Shown: positions 38,431-49,905 of the stretch, in pieces | Position numbering within the stretch: position 1 is the first letter of the stretch | Layout: each line of letters begins with the position of its first letter | From: Narcine bancroftii | Lineage: Eukaryota | Direction of reading: 5' to 3' | Length of the DNA: 64,000 nucleotides | Assembly (NCBI RefSeq): GCF_036971445.1 | Contig: NC_091478.1 | Coordinates: 99,572,001 to 99,636,000, forward strand | Position numbers and translations under genes: made by a program | The notes under the pieces: model-generated | Databases searched by the model: none | Told to the model about the DNA's origin: nothing | The model's input: the letters and a program-made list of their open reading frames with translations, nothing else

Positions 38431-39524
38431 CCTTTTCATTGCGACCATTATCCAGAAAATATTTAGCAGGCCAGAAACAGTATTAGCATTTCAGATTGAT
38501 GGCCTTTCATTGAAAATCGAAAACATTGGAGATGAGGCAGGTTTAGAACAATGGCAGGGTCAGTGGAAGTTGGCAGATGGAGGCGCCTGGTGTGGGGGTG
38601 GACATCATGATGAGGTGAAAAGCAAGTACAATTAAATGTTAAAGGACGAAAATTAGGGTAGGCGATAAAGGGTGATAATTGGATGTGTAAATGTAACCCT
38701 ACTTGACCTGATTTATTTCAAGATGAGCAATATTTTGTTAAGCTCTGAATAGTTTAGTGGTGAGTGAACCATATTATCCAGAGCAGGGAGCGAGATGATT
38801 TAATGTACCTTTGAAAAAAAACAGTGGCACAATATGTAGCTAGTGAAGATGGGCTCCAGTGACACGGGTTCAATCCTGACCTATGGTGCTCTCTGTGTGG
38901 AGTTTGTATCATGGCCACTGTGAATTGCCACGAATATGCAGGTGAGTGGTACAGTAAGAGGCGAGCTAATACCTCCGGGAAAAAGAACCTCAGGGTTGTA
39001 TGTGATGTCATGTGTGTACCCTGACAATAAATCTGAACCTTAAACTTTGAACAAAATTTTTAATTTAGACATATGGAATAGCTACAGGCCCTTTCGGCCC
39101 GTCAACCCATGCTGCCCAAATACACTCATGTGACCAATGGACCTACAAATCCCATACATTTTTAGAACATGGGAGGGAACCAGAGCACCAGTGTGTGGAT
39201 TGTGAAGGGTCCAAATTAGTGTCTGAGAATTGGTATGGACTCTGGACCAAACAATCAGCTTCTGCTCTACCTAACTAAAAAAAAACAGGTATTCAATTGA
39301 ATTGTTAAAATCAAATGTTTCAAGATACAATATTAAGTTTTGATTTACATATGTTGATGCCATGATATTAAGCTAAAGCTCTTCAGTCTGCCTACACACA
39401 ATCCAGAAAGCTATGCCTTCTGTTATTAGTCACTTCATCCCTGGGGAGAAGACTTTAACTATCCACACTATCTATAATTTTACGTACCTTCTCATTTTAC
39501 ATACAGCACATCAAATCAAAGGTT

Positions 39525-40270
39525 AAACAGGCTAGAACCTCATTCCCTGGAGTGTGGAAGAAAGAGGGAGATTTGATAGAGGTTTACAAAATTATGAGGA
39601 GTAAAGATGGAGGAAATGCAAGCAGGCTTTTCCCACTGAGGTTAGGTGAGACAAGAACTAGAAGACGTGGTTAAGGTTGTAAAGTTAAATGTTTAAAGGG
39701 AAACATTAGGCAGAATTTCTTCATGCCCAGGGTGGTGAGTGTGGAAATGAGCTGAAGTGATTTTGACATTTAAGATAAAACTGGATAGGTACATAGATGG
39801 GGGGGGGTATGGTCTGCTTGCATGTCAATAATAGATCGGCACATACTAGATTGGCTGAACAGGCTGCTTCTATGCTGTAGTGTTCTACAGCTCTGTGGTT
39901 ATAAACCCATGTTGGACATGATGTGAACATTGACATTTCCCATTTTAAGTAGCCCCTGTCTCTATCTGGTTCCACTGTTTCTATCTCTTACTTACTTCCC
40001 TTTCTGCCTTTCTCTCCAATCCTTAATCCCCACTCCCAGAAGTCTTTACCACCACCTGTCTCCCCACCTCTCCCACCTTATAACCTATCACCTCTTAACC
40101 CCTCCCAAGCTTCATCCAGCCCCCCCCCCCTATTGCCTTTCTCCCCCTTGATATGCTTGATATCATCTTCACTCTTGATCAAGGGTTCTCACCCACAATA
40201 GTTGACTGACCAGCTTTCTCTCTGGATATTGCTTGACCCATCACATTGTTCCAATTCCTCACTATCTGCC
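39525..40270 (+). mobile_element. CR1 3' end (to about 39900) followed by a Penelope 3' remnant
   Basis: gggagatttgatagaggtttacaaaattatgag; atgtgaacattgacatttccc plus a pyrimidine tract. Confidence 0.7.
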
Positions 40271-40564
40271 TCTTCTTTCTTGTTTGGATACCTACCTTGA
40301 AGAGTTGGCTGCGATCTGTGAGCCAATAGAAAAAGATTGATATTAAAAGGAACTCGTTTGATCCACAATTTATTGAATAAATATGACGATTTGTAATAAT
40401 CAAGATATAACTGAACCAGTAGCCTTACTAACACATGCAAGGCGAGACTTCACTACCACTCAGTGTCACCTAAATTAGATTCACATCCTCTCTTAGGCTT
40501 TCTGGGATATAAAGCCCTAGTGTTTCTTTGCTGAGAGTTTTTTCAATAGAATAGTCCAAAAGTA

Positions 40565-40900
40565 AATGAGTGCTTTGTTCAGAGGGTTCTCTTAGTTCCA
40601 TATTCAGCTCTTTATTTTCTCTTTGTTGTTTACATCAATGACCTCCCTGAGGTGCATTGAGAAATAGCAGGTTTTATGTATGTTGATGACACAGTTGCAC
40701 TCCATTCCTATCTGTCACTGACAAGTATGTCCAACACTCAATTTAGACCTGCTCAGTTTGTCCAAAGGCCTTCTAACAGAACTTTTTCTCCCTTAACATT
40801 GATGGATTGTTTTGTCTAATTTTCTGCACAGTTCCTCGCCTCAGAAGAAATCCCAGTAAATTTATTTTCTCGTTGATGGATCTCAGCTTCAGGTGATATT
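40565..40900 (+). mobile_element. Old CR1/L2-group (Crack/Daphne-like) RT remnant
   Basis: LFVVYINDLPE..MYVDDTV. Confidence 0.55.
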
Positions 40901-41469
40901 GAGTATCGAGCACCTGGTCTCCCCATTGAGGGTGATGGTGATATCAGGTGACTACGTGAGCTCGGAAGCGATGTCCAAAATGTCAGAAGACACAAAAGTG
41001 CTGGAGAAACTCAGTGGGCTGCGCAGCATCTGCGGAAAGCAATAGGCAGCTGATGCTTCGGGCATGACCCCTTCTTCGGGTGTGCCTAAAACCAGGCAGA
41101 TCAGAGATGCCTTTCAAAAATTGATATTGGACCAGTTAATGCAGCAAGGGTCATGGACCTCCTGCCAATGACACACTTCCACCTCTACCCTCTGCCTTCC
41201 ATGAGCAAACCAATTCTGAATCAGAAACCATCAATTCACATGCACTGTTAACTTCTGGATCATCTCAATTAGCTCCTCCCAGATTCTGCCGCTCACTGGG
41301 AGGTGGGAGAAGGGGGAATTACAGAGGGCAATTAATATTCCAACATATATCTTTGAAATGTGGGAAGAAACTGCATCACTTGGATGGAACTGACATGGCC
41401 ATATTGAGAATGTGCAAACAGTCAGCACCAAGATCGAACCTGGAGTGGTGAGGTAACAGCTCTGCTTGC

Positions 41470-42030
41470 TATGAGAGGCATGGATCATGTGGATGGCCAG
41501 AGGTATTTTCCCAGGGCTAAGATGGCTAACAACGAGGGGGCATAATTTTAGTTTTAAGGTGCTTGGAAGTAAGTATAGGAAGGGGCAGGGATGCATGTAA
41601 GAGATCAGTTTTCACACACAGAGCGATGCTGTCAACAACGGTGGTGGAGGCAGGTACAGTAGAATCTTTTACGAGGCTATTAGATAGGTACATGGAACTG
41701 AGAAAAATGCAGTAAGGAAATTTGAGGCAGTTGTTAGAGTAGGTTAATAAGTTGGCACATCAAATGGGGTGAAGAGCCTGTACTGTGCTGCAGACTTCAG
41801 TTCTATGTTCTAACACCAACAGGCCAGAACCATCAGGCTGAGAAACGACTGAAATGAACTGCTCATACAAACTCTCCAAGACTCCACTATTTATTTAACA
41901 ATATTTATTTGTATATGTACTCCAAAGGTATACTGCATGTGTGTTGTGTGTTTGCATGGTTTTGCACTGAGGACCGGAGAACGCTGTTTTGTCAGTTGTA
42001 CTTGTACGGATGGTAATAAACTTGAGCTTG
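41470..42030 (+). mobile_element. CR1 3' end followed by a Rex1/Babar 3' end
   Basis: CR1 tail ttctatgttcta near 41810; caggctgagaaac..aataaacttgagcttg. Confidence 0.75.
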
Positions 42031-42879
42031 TATGATTCGATTGCTCTTTCCCATACTTCATTTCACTTCTGCAGATCAGGGCAGAGAATGACATGATCTT
42101 CCTGCTATCTCACTGCAAATCATTATATGATCGGTAGAAATCAGGAAACATTGTAACAAGTTTGTCCAGACCAGACACAGAGGTCCCAGTCACCAAGTAA
42201 TAGATTTGGGAATAATTTTCGGCTTCCTGACAGAAATATAAATTAGGCCTCTGTCTAATTGATTGGAAAGAAAAATCTTTCATTTGTATTGTGCTTTTCA
42301 CTAGCTGAGAAAGCACTCCACACAAAATGAAGTGAGATGCAATCGAAATGTTAAAAATAAACCATCAGATTGTGGTGAGCGTGCAGAAGTGATCTCAGTT
42401 TAACGTCTCATCTAAAAAAACGAATACAAATGCATTTCTGCAATGATTGTTCCCTCACTCCTTTAAAGATAAGAGCTGCCAGAAGCCTGCAGATATTCAG
42501 AGACCTGAGGAAACTTCCCATTGATGTTCCCTTCCAGCTCTTTACGTTAATTCTGGTGACATTAACCTGTTCAAACTTCTCCCTTAAGTCCAGCCTCCTG
42601 GTTTGAGCCCTGCTCTCTCAGACTGGTGATAAGACCACTGGAATGAGTAGTTGCACCTGTTATAAACAGCAGGAATGTGCTTATGTTACCGGATTGGGAA
42701 ATCAGGGGAACGGAATAAATATTTGAAAAATGTGAGTTTAAATTGCACCATTACAATCCAGGGGAGAGGAAACACATGTCAACCATAAAACTGCTGGATT
42801 AATGTAAAAGCAATAAAAAAATTCCTGTTGCTAAAAATCTGTGATAATATTAAAGAATGCTGGAAAAACGGAAAATATT

Positions 42880-43110
42880 AGCGATAATACCTTTACAGCG
42901 CTAGTGATTGGGGATGGGGTTCAAATCCTGTGGTGTCTGTAAGGAGCTTGTGCGTGTTTCCTTGTGTCTGCGTAGTTATCCCTGGGGGTCTCTGGTTTCC
43001 TCCCACCATTTGAAACATACTGAGGGTATAGGTTAATTGGGTGTAAATTAGGCGGCAAGGACACGTGGGCCAAAATGGCCTGTTACCGTGCTGTTTGTCT
43101 TAATTTTAAA
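42880..43110 (+). mobile_element. HE1-like SINE, near full length
   Basis: ggggttcaaatcc B box, ggtttcctcccac body, gggccaaaatggcctgttaccgtgctgt tail. Confidence 0.85.
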
Positions 43111-43369
43111 TTTAAACATTTTTTAAAAATTAAAAAATTAAGTCTTTCCTTGTTCTATCTTGCCTGACCAACTAGATGATTCCAACATTCTGTACATTTA
43201 TGCTAGTTTATTGTAAGAAAAAGGTGTCCAACCTCAAAATGGAGGATTAACACCTCATATTCTATCTGGGCACCCTCCAACCAGGTGGCATTAACAAATA
43301 TTTACCTCCTATGGATGCTATGAGACCTGGACTTCCTTCAGCTTTTTCATTTTTCCCACAATCTCTGCG

Positions 43370-43985
43370 TCCATTAGGAAAGACATCAATAAATAGGAAG
43401 GTATGCAGAGGAAATTTACAAAAACATTGCCATGACTGGAGTGAGAAAGAAAGACTAGATAGAACATAAAGTGTAGAGGACTAAAGGGGATCTCATGAAG
43501 GTTGATAAAATCACAAAAAACATGTGTAAAATGAAAGTTCACTGTTTTTTTGTAAATTCTGGTGACTTTAACCAGTTCAAACTGGTCCCTGAAGTCCGGC
43601 CTCTTGGTGTGTGGTTTGAGTCCTGCTCTTTCAGGCTGGTGATGAGACCACTGGAATGAGCAGCAGCACCTGTTATAAAAAAGCAGGAGAGGGCTTACGA
43701 CGATTCTAGAACTGGAGGACATAGGTTTAAGGTAAGAGGGGAGAGGTTTAAGAGGGACCTAGAGAACAAATTTTTCAGTCAGAGAGTGGTCCATATCTGG
43801 AACGAGCTACCAGAGGAAACTGTAGAAGCTGGCACCATTTTGATATTTCAGAGACATTTGGACAGATTTATGGACAGGAAGGGTTTAGAAAGCCATGGAC
43901 AAAATTCAGGCAATGAACCTACCTCAGGATGCCAACTTGGTCAGTATTGATGAGTTAGGCCAAAGGGCCTGTTTCGAGCTGCATG
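43370..43985 (+). mobile_element. CR1 3' part interrupted by a 145-bp insertion (43555-43699)
   Basis: CR1 motifs on both sides; the insert resembles 42549-42685. Confidence 0.75.
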
Positions 43986-44699
43986 GAACCACAGTGTTGT
44001 GGCACACTTTTAATTCTCTCTGACATGCCTCACAGTATGAATGAATAGGAATGAGCAACACCTAGAAAGGAAACAGACAAGCAAAATCAGCATGAATTAC
44101 TCTGCAGTTTATTGGTCTCACCTAAAATATCCTCTGTGGTCAGCTAATCTGTTAACATTCAGCATTTGTTCAGCGAGATGAGACTGTGGAGCTGTTGACA
44201 CTGGACGCAGGGTCAGAGTTGAACCTAGAGCCTCAGAGCTCTGAAGCTGACTCTTGCACCACTGCTCTGACCTTTCATATATTCCTTTGAGGTGAAGTCA
44301 ATGCAAAAAATGCAATTGCCTGTATAAACGGCAGGCTCCCAAATGCACACAATAATGGCTGTGTCGTGTATTTCGAAATTGAAACCTCCACAATCAAGAA
44401 TAGTGTCATTCCTACTGTTATCAGCCACTTAAATAGACTTCTCAATGGCAAAAGAAGTCGGCTTTGCACTGAACATAGAACAAACAGAATGGTGCAGCCA
44501 GGAACAAACCCTTCAGTCTAGGGGTCTGAACATAACATGATGTCCAAATCAAACTAAAACTCTCCTGCTTGCACCTGCATCCCCTTCATATTCATGTATC
44601 TCTCTAGAAGCATAAAGGCTCCCATTGTATCTGGTTTCACTGCTACTCCAGGCACCCACCATTCTCTGTATGAAAAATTTGCCCCGCGCTTCTCCTTTT

Positions 44700-45255
44700 T
44701 AACACAAAATTGCTGGAGGAGCTCAGCAGGTTCTGCAACCTCCATCGGAAGTAAAGATGTATAACCTACATTTTAGGCCTGCGCCCTTCTTCAAGGTGAA
44801 TCATTTAAATACCTTGAAGAAAGGCGCAGGCCTAAAATGCTGGTCATTTATTTAATTTTTAAAAAAATATTAATTTAATTTAGACATACTGCACATTAAC
44901 AGGCCCTTTCACCCCCAAGAGCTCGTGCCACTCAATTACACCCAATTGACCTACATCCCGGATACATTTTTGAAAGGTGTGAGGGAACTGGAGCATCCGG
45001 AGGAAACCGGGAGAACATACAAACTCCTTGCAGACAGCGCGGAATTCAAACCCCCAACACTTTCACTGACGTGTAACAGGGTTGCACTAACTGCTACGCC
45101 AACCACGCCGCCCTTCAGTCCACGTGCCTGTACTGAGTATGATGTCCAATCAAACATATCTTTACTTCCTATGGATGTTGCATGAAATGCTGAGTTACTC
45201 CAGCATATTTATGTTTTTACTGCAATCACAGCATCGCCAGGTTTTCATGCTTCAC
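44700..45255. mobile_element. Penelope pseudo-LTR fold-back element split by an antisense HE1-like SINE (about 44850-45113)
   Basis: Central hairpin 44769-44839 (29-bp arms, one mismatch); outer arms tgctggaggagctcagca / tgctgagttactccagca. Confidence 0.75.
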
Positions 45256-47185
45256 TCATTTTTAACTGTACTTTTCTTTGTATCCCATACTATTTGATTT
45301 ATTTAACACTTCTCCCTACGCATTTACTTTATTTATTTGTTCTTATTATTGTATTACTAGCTGAATGAGTTGACTTGCGTGTTTAGTTTTTTATTGTATT
45401 GACATTAAATAATTCAATTTAATTCCTAATGTAATGGTTCAAGGATAAATTTCAGTTGTAATTTATACCTTCATTCCCTTCCTTAAAATTAAGCTAATTT
45501 TACACACACACAAACACACAGAATAGTGGAGACACCCTCTCATTTTAACTTTTTATCTTGCTCAATAAACATTTCTCCTAACTCCGTCCAAAATGCTGAT
45601 TCTGTAGCTTGAGACAATATTAGCTAATTCTAGACACTCTCACCTGTGGAAGCAACCTTACTTATTCATGTACTTGGTACAACTCAGAGAACTAGACCAT
45701 TCAGCCCATTAGCTCCAAAGCTACTTCATCAGTCCCCTTCATACTCTTGCTTCCCAGTAGACCTGCAGCTATAGTTTCTCACTAACATGCGCAGCAACTC
45801 CCCTTTAAGTCCCTGTGCCGCTCGACTACACATCCACTGCCAATTTGGGAACCGAGAGAAAACCTGAGGACTTGAAGAAAATCTTTGTGCAAGCTCCACA
45901 CAGTCATCGCCCAAGGTCAAATTTGTGGCCAAGGATGATTTAGGGGGTATGGCGAGAAAGCAGAAACTGGGTACTGATCAACCATGATCATAATGAATGG
46001 CAGTGTAGGCTTGAAGGGCCAAATGGCATTGCCTACAAGTATTTTCTATGTTTCTAACAAATTCCTTGAGCTGTAGGCAGCTTCACCATCATGCTGCCCA
46101 AAATGCCTCTCTATCTATCTCACGATATCGTAAATCTCAAGGAATTCTGTCCATTTCATCTAAACTTTATTGAATAAAGGCCCATTTTACTCAATTAATC
46201 TTCAGAATAGAAATGTTTCTTTGGGACATTCACCTGACTTATCAATTCAAGTGACTGCACCCAGTAATTACTGAGACCTGCATTGGAGCATCAACTTTGC
46301 TTTTAGTGCAGATGTCTCTAAAGTACCAGTGGTGTAAAACACAAAAGTCTGCAGAACTCCTCTGGGTGCTACAAGACGGGCTGACTTGCTCCAGCATATC
46401 TGTGTTTTTATTGTACCAGTGGTGCATACTGCCAACAAAATGTTGTGATGTTTGTATCATTCAATCCACTGACAGCAATTTATTCATTTAAACGGTTATA
46501 ATTCTTTACTTCAAAGTCTTTCACTTAAGCATGATCAGTTATTCTCAGACATGGAAGAAAAGTTTAGTTTTTGAATATCACCTTTGGCACCTTTGGTTAC
46601 AGATCCTTTTACCTTCGTTTGAAACGTTAGACAATAAACTAACATCCTGATTGCTCAAGGATGACATTTCACTTTTGTTTAATTCTTTGCACATGCATTT
46701 CTTGTTTAAAACACTCAGACATCAAAAGCTGAAGACAAGCTCCGTGTTCTTGTTTTGCCACATCAAAGCCTTCTCTGATCTTGGTCCAAGTCATACAGAA
46801 GCTTGAATATTACACTTAACTTTCTAAGATATCCAATGTAAAAAAACCCAGGATGTCTAACTACCCATCAAAATCTATCCTTTAATGTACTGATTCGCAA
46901 TCTTCGACATCAGAACACGGAAACCTGTGCAAAAGTTGGCCACTTTGTGTTTTAAGCTTGTTCTGCCTTTAAATAAGATAATCTCTCTCCTGTTTTATAT
47001 TCCTTAATGCTCCTCTTGTATCAATTTCAGACTCGAAAATATGATTCTCAGAGTCTCCATCATTCTCCAAGACAGAGATTCCAAATGATGAAATCTCTCT
47101 TCCTTTTAATCCAAAAGTGATGCTTAATTCACTGCATTTCTCCCAAACTCTAAATCAGTATCTTTGGTTGCAGTCGCATACTTAC

Positions 47186-47193
47186 TGGCGTGT
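47186..47193 (-). other. Candidate 8-nt microexon of an unidentified host gene
   Basis: Minus strand reads ctgTACTAACccactactagtcccgTGCttcccctCAG|ACACGCCA|GTAAGTatg. Confidence 0.6.
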
Positions 47194-47430
47194 CTGAGGG
47201 GAAGCACGGGACTAGTAGTGGGTTAGTACAGCAGGCTGCATACATGGGATGGGACTCAGACACAGGAGGAGGAGAGTGAGAGCGTCAGGATCACCCGTGT
47301 GGCGGACCGCCAATGAAAAGGTCAGAGGGGTTTAGCTGGGTGGTGTTTGGGGAGATGAAGAATGCAGTGTTGTGTCTGAAGGGAATAGAGAGTCAACTCC
47401 ATTTTGTGCCGAAAGAAATGAGTGTGTGTA

Positions 47431-48348
47431 TTCTTTCTTTCTTTGGCTTGGCTTCGCGGACGAAGATTTATGGAGGGGTAATGTTCACGTCTGCTGCAGG
47501 CTCGTTGGTGACTGACAAGTTCGGTGTGGGACAGGCAGGCACAGTTGCAGCAGTTACAAGGGAAAATTGGTTGGTTGGGGTTGGGTGTTGGGTTTTTCCT
47601 CCTTTGTCTTTTGTCAGTGAGGTGGGCTCTGCGGTCTTCTTCAAAGGAGGTTGCTGCCCGCCGAACTGTGAGGCGCCAAGATGCACGGTTGGAGGTGATA
47701 TCAGCCCACTGGTGGTGGTCAATGTGGCAGGCACCAAGAGATTTCTTTAAACAGTCCTTGTACCTCTTCTTTGGTGCACCTCTGTCTCGGTGGCCAGTGG
47801 AGAGCTCGCCATAGAACACGATCTTGGGAAGGCGATGGTCCTCAATTCTGGAGACGTGACCCACCCAGCGCAGTTGGGTCTTCAGCAGCATGGATTCGAT
47901 GCTTGCGGACTCTGCCAGCTCGAGTACTTCGATGTTGGTGATGAAGTCATTCCAATGAATGTTGAGGATGGAGCGGAGACACCGCTGATGGAAGCGTTCT
48001 AGGAGCTGTAGGTGATGCTGGTAGAGAACCCATGATTCGGAGTCAAACAGGAGCATGGGTATGACAATGGCTCTGTACATGCTGATCTTTGTGTGTTTTT
48101 TCAGGTGGTTGTTTTTCCAGACTCTTTTGTGCAGTCTTCCAAAGGCGCTATTTGCCTTGGCGAGTCTGTTGTCTATCTTTTTGTCGATCCTGAAATGGTG
48201 CAGCCGAGGTAGGTAAACTGGTTGACCGTTTTGAGTTCAGTGTGCCCGATGGAGATGTGGGGGGGCTGGTGGTCATGGTGGGGAGCTGGCTGATGGAGGA
48301 CCTCAGTTTTCTTTAGGCTGACTTCCAGGCCAAACATTTTGGCAGTTT
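47431..48348 (-). mobile_element. RTE-clade LINE, 5'-truncated, young
   Basis: 252-aa ORF with QLRWVGHVSRIEDHRLPKIVFYGEL..RGAPKKRYKD and a C-terminal CxxC..H motif; (gaaa)n tail; gtattcttt duplicated at 47428 and 48357. Confidence 0.95.
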
Positions 48349-48448
48349 TAATTAAAGTATTCTTTAATTATGTGTAAACTGGGTAAAGTAGTGCTGCTAC
48401 ACTCCCAACCTCTGGTCTGCAGACCGTGGTAAGTAAAATAATACTTAC

Positions 48449-48454
48449 AAGGAT
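48449..48454 (-). other. Weaker candidate 6-nt microexon
   Basis: Minus strand reads cttatttcatcttCAG|ATCCTT|GTAAGTat. Confidence 0.3.
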
Positions 48455-48509
48455 CTGAAGATGAAATAAGTTTTAGGATTCCACCGAAGACAGACCCATT
48501 ACATACATT

Positions 48510-48755
48510 AAAAACACAGTAAATGCTGGAGGAACTCAGCCAATCTCACAGGGTCCAGAGGAGGTAAAGATATATTACCGAATTATCAGGGCTGAGCCTT
48601 TTTTCAAAAGCCCTTCTGAATAAGAGCTCAGCCCTGAAACGCCGGTCATATATCTTCACTTCCTATGGATGCTGCGAGAGCAGCTGAGTTTCTCCAGCAT
48701 TTACTGTGTGTTTTACTACAATCATAGTATCTGCGGACTTCCATGTTTCACTCCA
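48510..48755. mobile_element. Penelope pseudo-LTR fold-back element
   Basis: acacagtaaatgctggaggaactcagc / gctgagtttctccagcatttactgtgt outer arms; inner arms tcagggctgagc / gctcagccctga. Confidence 0.8.
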
Positions 48756-49629
48756 ACACATACATTCCCCTCCTCATTGGAGTACTGATTCTTCACAGAA
48801 AATAATGTCAACTGATTTACATGAAAGCTTTGGCAAATACATGACTTCAACTTTATATTAGCAAAACATTCTACTCTGGTTATTGCAACAGCAGTATTTT
48901 ATTTCCACCAGGAATTTTTTTAAAAGGAAATAAATGCTGGTTGTTGGACTTTTGTTGTTCTGTGACACCTATACAATCAAGCTTACACAATGTCAACACT
49001 CTCTCTGCTGTTCCCTTCCATTATTAGGTAGTTGTTTCACAAAGTGCTTCCTTCAGTTTTTTTTTCTGAGCACCAAGCTTTAAAACCTGCCCTCTGTTCC
49101 TCATCCTTGCATCTTTGCTGTGCTGAATTCAAGGCACATTCTATTACCATCCACGAGCTTGGATTGCCCACAGGTTGCGGGGCTTCTGATGTCTGTCATT
49201 CCTATCACATCATTCGAGTTCCATTCTCGCACTTTTGGTAGCTAAGTCACTTCTTACAATACAGTAAGATGCTGGAGGAACACAGAAGGTCTGGCAGTAT
49301 CCACAGAAAGCAACTTTTGGGGCTCAGATATGCCAAAAATCAGGCAAACAACCAAATCAGAAGATGTGATGGGTGGGAGTGGGGGAAGGACTCAGGCATG
49401 AAACGTCAACTTCTTGCCTATTGCTTTCCATGAAGCTGCATCACCTGCTGAGTTCCCCAAGCACTTTTGTGCATGGTTCTTGTTCCCCAGCCCTCTTGTT
49501 ACCCAATGAACCTCGTAGATTTCTTTTCCTGGATTGTAGATGCTGGTGATGTGGTAAATGTATTAATTTGGATTTTGATGTTGGCCCATAATTGAACAAT
49601 GAATTATGTCAGAGAACAAGGAATAAGGA

Positions 49630-49905
49630 TAGGTGGGATGTGGGTGGAAAGAAAAAGTTTGAAAACCACTCATTTAATCGTACCTAATTGACTCGTTATG
49701 TGCATGGTTTCATAACTACAAAGGAAATGGGCCAAGGACAATTTTTCTCAAGTAAAATATTTCAGTAACAATTGGGTCTAGAACAGTGATTCTCAACCTT
49801 CCCTTCCTATTCACATCCCACTTTAAGCAATCTCTTACCAATCACAGAGCACCCATGGCATAGGGATGACTTAGTGAGTGGAAAGAAAAAGGTTGAGAAG
49901 CATTG
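49630..49905. mobile_element. Composite hAT MITE, copy 2 (left end truncated)
   Basis: Same spacer as 8366-8478 (aattgactcgttatgtgca..gggtctaga). Confidence 0.85.

Noticed and set aside
47186-47193. The 8-nt exon of COL13A1/COL23A1/COL25A1-type collagens
   Set aside because: That exon must complete a Gly-X-Y triplet; ACACGCCA would give Asp-Thr-Pro after a split G, and no Gly-X-Y exons were seen in the window.
47178-47202. U1 snRNA 5' end (atacttac-tggc)
   Set aside because: Similarity stops after about 12 nt; it is better explained as the complement of a 5' splice site on the minus strand.
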